DNA of 64,000 nucleotides from Lingula anatina. Taxonomy: Eukaryota > Animalia > Brachiopoda. Positions within the stretch are counted from its first letter, which is position 1. Each line of letters begins with the position of its first letter. This document shows positions 24,516-64,000 of the stretch, piece by piece. Made by a program: the position numbers and the translations under genes. The notes below the pieces were generated by a model. That model saw nothing but the letters and a program-made list of their open reading frames with translations, had not been told where the DNA came from and ran no database searches. The stretch lies in contig CM120643.1 in NCBI GenBank assembly GCA_051362555.1, positions 13,118,644 to 13,182,643 of the forward strand. The letters are read 5' to 3'.

Positions 24516-24724
24516 TTAAATACAGTGACAATACCGCCCCATAAGTCCATTTATTACATGTATGTGAACCGCCTGTCCAAATATACTCAGAGAATTATCA
24601 TTGCAGCATATGCCCATATATTGCAAAAGAATTACAACTAATTGCTTCTAAAAGGTATTCTCTCTTTTGCCCTTGTTAACGTTTACGAATGAGCAGAAGT
24701 CTTTCATTATAAGGCACAACATAC

Positions 24725-24730
24725 TTTATT
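24725..24730 (-). terminator. Putative polyadenylation signal of the RGK gene
   Basis: AATAAA on the minus strand about 1.5 kb after the stop codon. Confidence 0.4.
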
Positions 24731-26218
24731 TCAAAACAATATACAAAACCCATCTTCCCGGTTATCTAATGCATGATATTGCCACTAAAGATTACATTAA
24801 ATGTGCTGTGCTCTGGTGAATATAATATAATATGTACAGACATTACAAGTGGGCTACTGCTGGGTACGGAGGAGAGCGAAGAAGGAGGGGCGCCCATGTA
24901 AAAAAAAGGGGAAAAAAATGGTCGCCCCGCTTCAATTTGCATGTCTGCATGCAATGCAATGGAGGGGACATTAAAGATGGGGGTGAGGTGGGATGGGGGT
25001 GGGGTGGGGTGGGGGGTTGGGGGATGGGTGTTGGGGTTAGAGACGACCCTCTGTGTCACCCTGGTTCTGCCTTCGTATAATGAAAATTTTACAAATATTG
25101 GCTTATTCACAATAGTTCGGTATCAAATCTGTGCACCAGCGTGAAGGGAAATAACAATGGAATGGACGATTTTGCCAACGCTAAGCAGTCTATATGTACA
25201 AAAGATAAAGATATTGACTCATTTTTACAAACGGGAGAGCAGCACAAAACAAACGATTGCAGTCTATCACGGTGAAACCAGCGTGAAAAGTGTTATATTA
25301 TAATATATGAGAACACAAGGTTGCATTTGCAGTCACGTTTCTAGTAATCAACCAAATACGGTACTATATCAGCTATCATCCTTCTGTTGTCCCATTTGGT
25401 GCCATTGTAGCTAAGGCCACAGTCCAAAGCTTTAAGATTAGCCCCAATAAGCCACAAAGCATGACTGGAAACATGACTTAAAGGAGTGCGTTACAATCAT
25501 CAAATGGGGCACTGCAGTATGTAAAAAAATACCACAAGCTCACTCCGTTCCTTTCCGCGGGAGAGCTTCGTTCTGGTGGTGAATTAGAAATAAATCAAAA
25601 ATGAAAAGATATGATTATTTAAGACGCATTTCCATCCATAGTAGGGTTTATGTTAAAAGTCCTGTTGGATAATTTGTCAATAAAATGCTACTGTTCGATC
25701 ATTATCAAAGTACACAAGAGAGCGTCGACGTGAAATGTCAAGGAGAGGCACTGTTCCTGACTTGGCAATTATCTTGAAAGCAGCAGTTAACATATCAAAA
25801 TGACAGACACCCTAGCAAAATATCAATGTAACTGAAAATGCTTATAGCAAAGCCAGTGTTCACTTTCACAACAAAAAAATGCAATGTGAAATGGACTTTA
25901 ATTTCACCTTATCAGCCAGTTTTTGTATACTTCAAAAAATCCTTCCCGTTCCGGCAAGTTCCATTACATGGCAGACTCCTAACGGAGGTAGGTTTGTATA
26001 TATATGCCTTTATCCATCAGTCTCGTGGAACTCATGGCAAAAACGTGCGAAAATGCAGTTTATTTCTTAAGGCTACATGTACAATGTATAAACTGTATAT
26101 TGTTTCCCTTTGTGCTGTAATATTTTCTTGCCTGATTCTCTCCTATAGCCAACAACACCAAATCCATAATTTACAAACTTATGCAACCCCTGAAAAAATG
26201 TCTTGCTGAATGAAAACC

Positions 26219-60857
<34,639 letters not shown>

Positions 60858-62693
60858 AGCGTTCAATAAACGTAATAAATTGTACGAGTCCTTTGCTTTG
60901 GTTTTTATCAAACAACTGGATCGCAAAAGTCGCTGGGAATCCGTTTTAAAACATGAGAACCAGCAAAGTATATTCAGGTCTGATGGCAACAGCTGGTCTG
61001 TCGATAGTTCATGTTAAATCATAAAATACTAACAGAATCTGTCATAAGCTGAAACACGCGATGCAGGTAATCGAGGCAATGTAAGGTGAAAAGCCAACCC
61101 GTTTTCGCCGCCCGAATGCAGTGACAATACAATCAAAGCAACGCACGCATCGGCACTGATATTGATATTGATATAGATATTCACTCCCTGAACTTCCACG
61201 TGGGCACTGTTGCCTCGAACTTGGTTCTTGAAAATGAATAATCAACAAAGCAGGTAAGCACGTGCACTAGTTGTGTAAGCAAAGAGGAAATTAAATGAAT
61301 ATCGTTTAACAATCGCACTGTATGTCTTTACACCAATATATATTTACTGTCTGAGCCGTTCACGTGCGCAGTGCTCAAAACGTCGTCCACTTGCCATTAA
61401 CACTGGGCATCGAAATGAACAATCGGCAGCCTGGATAATTAGCAGACGCGAACAATTGAACGGCTATTTACATCAAATAAGCCACCGCTTCTCTAGCTAG
61501 TGTTGTCGCGCTTAGCCGCAGTAATCGCGCTGACAGCCTTGACGTCCGCCAAGTGAGATGTGTCCCACTTCTCCCGCTGTGCTCAGTATCGCAATACGAG
61601 CGGCTGTTCCACCTACGCTCTTCGCCTAAGTGCACCTGCAATCAACGACACAGCTGAACACTTGCCAGGCGTGTTTGTATAGAAAAACGCTGTTCACACA
61701 CTTACTGTGAAAGATGTCAGTGCAGCGTACCTGAGAGCGTTCGTTCAATGACTGTATGGTTAGATATATATCGTGTCCTTCCAGGGGCTGTTGTTCCAAT
61801 CCAATGTCACATATTCCACTCAATCAACAGCACAAGTAAACTTGCGGTTGGGGCACTCGTAAAGAGAAGCCTGTCAACAACAAGCACACGGGCTGTCACA
61901 ACGGCGTGGGATTAGGTGTAAAATAACATCCCGCGCGTTAATTGTTTTCCAGTTCTACTCGTCAAGGTGTGCGTCTAGTGTTAGTTCTAGGATAACACCA
62001 TCTAAATATGTTAACAGGCAAGAGATGTCCTCGTAGAGTCGGTTCGGTTCCGTCAGAGCCACACTGCGCCACTGGCTAATTGGCTGAAAGGGGTCTGATT
62101 GGCATGAATTGCATGGTAAATTAACCCCGTGTACTAGCTTTCTGTCATCGTCCTCACGCAGTGCTATCTTTCCTTGAAACTCTGAGGTGGTTGCCTGTAC
62201 TGCCTGCCCATGTATTGCCGTACCAAAGGCATACAAATCCTTCTACATCGGTAGCTACCGGTGCCCCTGTATAATCACGTTAATTGTATGCATTAGCAAT
62301 AATATGACTGTTGAATCGCATCCCCGCACTATCCACGCTGAATCTGATTCCGCTCTCGGCTGTCAATCTCTCTCACTCTCTTTCTCTCTCTCTGGGTTTC
62401 TGAAATGAAAAAGATGGATCACTAGCTATAAACCAGCCAGCTATCAACGTGTGCGAGTTTGATGCTTGCGATGGGGAAAGCCGCGGTGCGCTTTTAAGCA
62501 AGCTGAGAAGAATAACCGAGTTTCACTGTATAAACTACGGCGGATCCTCACTGAGTTAACAGTATAACAGACCTGTTCTGGGGCCGAAACGGATGTGTGT
62601 GATTTTGTTGCTCATGCAGCAGCAATTGGTGTTGTCTCCCGTTTGAACAAAACAAACGAGAAATGGTATTTTGAAACCACTGCTGTTGATACA

Positions 62694-62696
<3 letters not shown>

Positions 62697-62746
<50 letters not shown>
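62697..62746. repeat. Compound (GT)n(GA)n microsatellite
   Basis: Direct reading. Confidence 0.95.
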
Positions 62747-62747
<1 letters not shown>

Positions 62748-64000
62748 GCTACTTTTACTTCAACCTATAAATGACTTGTAGATCAATGCATATTTTTTAA
62801 TTGGTTTTAATTACACCCATAACAGTAGGTAACAATCAAATACATTGCACGCTGTAAATGTTCTTTGAGATTCTACAAGAGTTACGAGAATAAAAAACCG
62901 TCATGTCGATGAATCCCTGTGGGTTCTTTGTACAGAAACAATGACAAAGAAAAAATCTGAAATCTGGAACACACACGTCAATTCCATAGCCACGAGATGT
63001 CAAAGCAAAGATGTGTTCACCAATGCAAATATTGAATGGTTTATGAGACGTTCCATTGGGTCGCGTCTAGTATCGTTTTAAGTAAACCTGTTATAGGAAT
63101 AGTTTGGGAAGGAGGCGCCTTTTTTTGCACCCGCCAAAGGATCCGTGAGTTCATTGGTAAGTGCAGGTGAGTTCCTGTGTCAATTTAAGATGGGTTGACC
63201 TATCTTTTTCTATGGGTATTTCAACTTCCGAGATCAGAAAGCCCACCGAATCCATATATTGGCCGGTAATTGTAACTGAGGCAAGTCGTGCGCCGTGGTT
63301 AACTTTCTATGCTGTCGAGCCACTCTAGCGTATAGCACTATCGTATGAGAACGTACAAGAGAAATTGGTCACGCTAGGGTTCAATTGGCTTAAGTCGTAT
63401 ACGCTTCGAGTGCGCCAGCGAATGTTGATGTACTTTTCCATATGCAGAGGGCGATGCATTAGGGATACGCTAAGCACACGACAAACACGCTAGGGTGACA
63501 CTAAGTGTACGTTACAGTACGCTCCTCATACTGTGGTCAGTAAAGCTAGCGTATTCGTAGCGTAAGAGTAACGTGATGCTGACGAACGGGTGATATATGG
63601 AACGTATTTTTAATGACTGATTAATATATTAAATTTAACAAAAAAGGTAATCAGAACAATACATACATATGTCACTCTCACGCTCCTCTACGGTATCCGT
63701 ACGCTATTGATGTTTGTTATACTGTCACGGGGTAACATAACATTTAAAATAATAATTTTGGAAAACCCCTCTTCGGTATACTGAGTACTTTCTGACCCTG
63801 TGCACTGTATTGTGCACCGGATGATAGTCTTTGGATTTAACGTGTAAAGTCATGTTTTATCTTTGAAGCGTGACAATTTGTAAGGGAAATTTGGTCATTG
63901 ATACCTAAGCAAAAACAATGACCTGCCTCTTGCATCACATTATACATAATAAGGTAAAGATATTAGCTGCATGTCGTAAATGATCTGTATAACCAATCTC

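Overview
AT-rich animal genomic DNA with spliceosomal introns, microsatellites and MITEs; not prokaryotic. It is probably lophotrochozoan or molluscan, which is an inference from gene content. Most ORF-track entries are spurious, so genes were assembled by hand from GT-AG junctions. Contents: (1) 0.3-5.8 kb, a tandem + strand cluster of three divergent beta-microseminoprotein (MSMB/PSP94)-like secreted 10-Cys genes, one truncated by the window edge and two complete with 3 exons. (2) 9.3-18.7 kb, a head-to-head pair of secreted glycine-rich structural-protein genes. They share an unannotated basic Val/Pro/Lys N-terminal module but carry different repeat tails (GGY versus GSGFKGIGGTPLFGGA), and both appear to have an intron just after the stop codon. 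(3) 20.7-24.5 kb, a 3.8 kb non-autonomous DNA transposon with ~680 bp TIRs, TAG..CTA ends and a TTA target-site duplication (Academ-like), containing an internal satellite. (4) 26.2-60.9 kb, a minus-strand RGK-family (Rem/Rad/Gem) small GTPase with 4 coding exons, a ~28 kb intron and non-canonical G1/G3 motifs. Several MITEs and dispersed repeats are also present.
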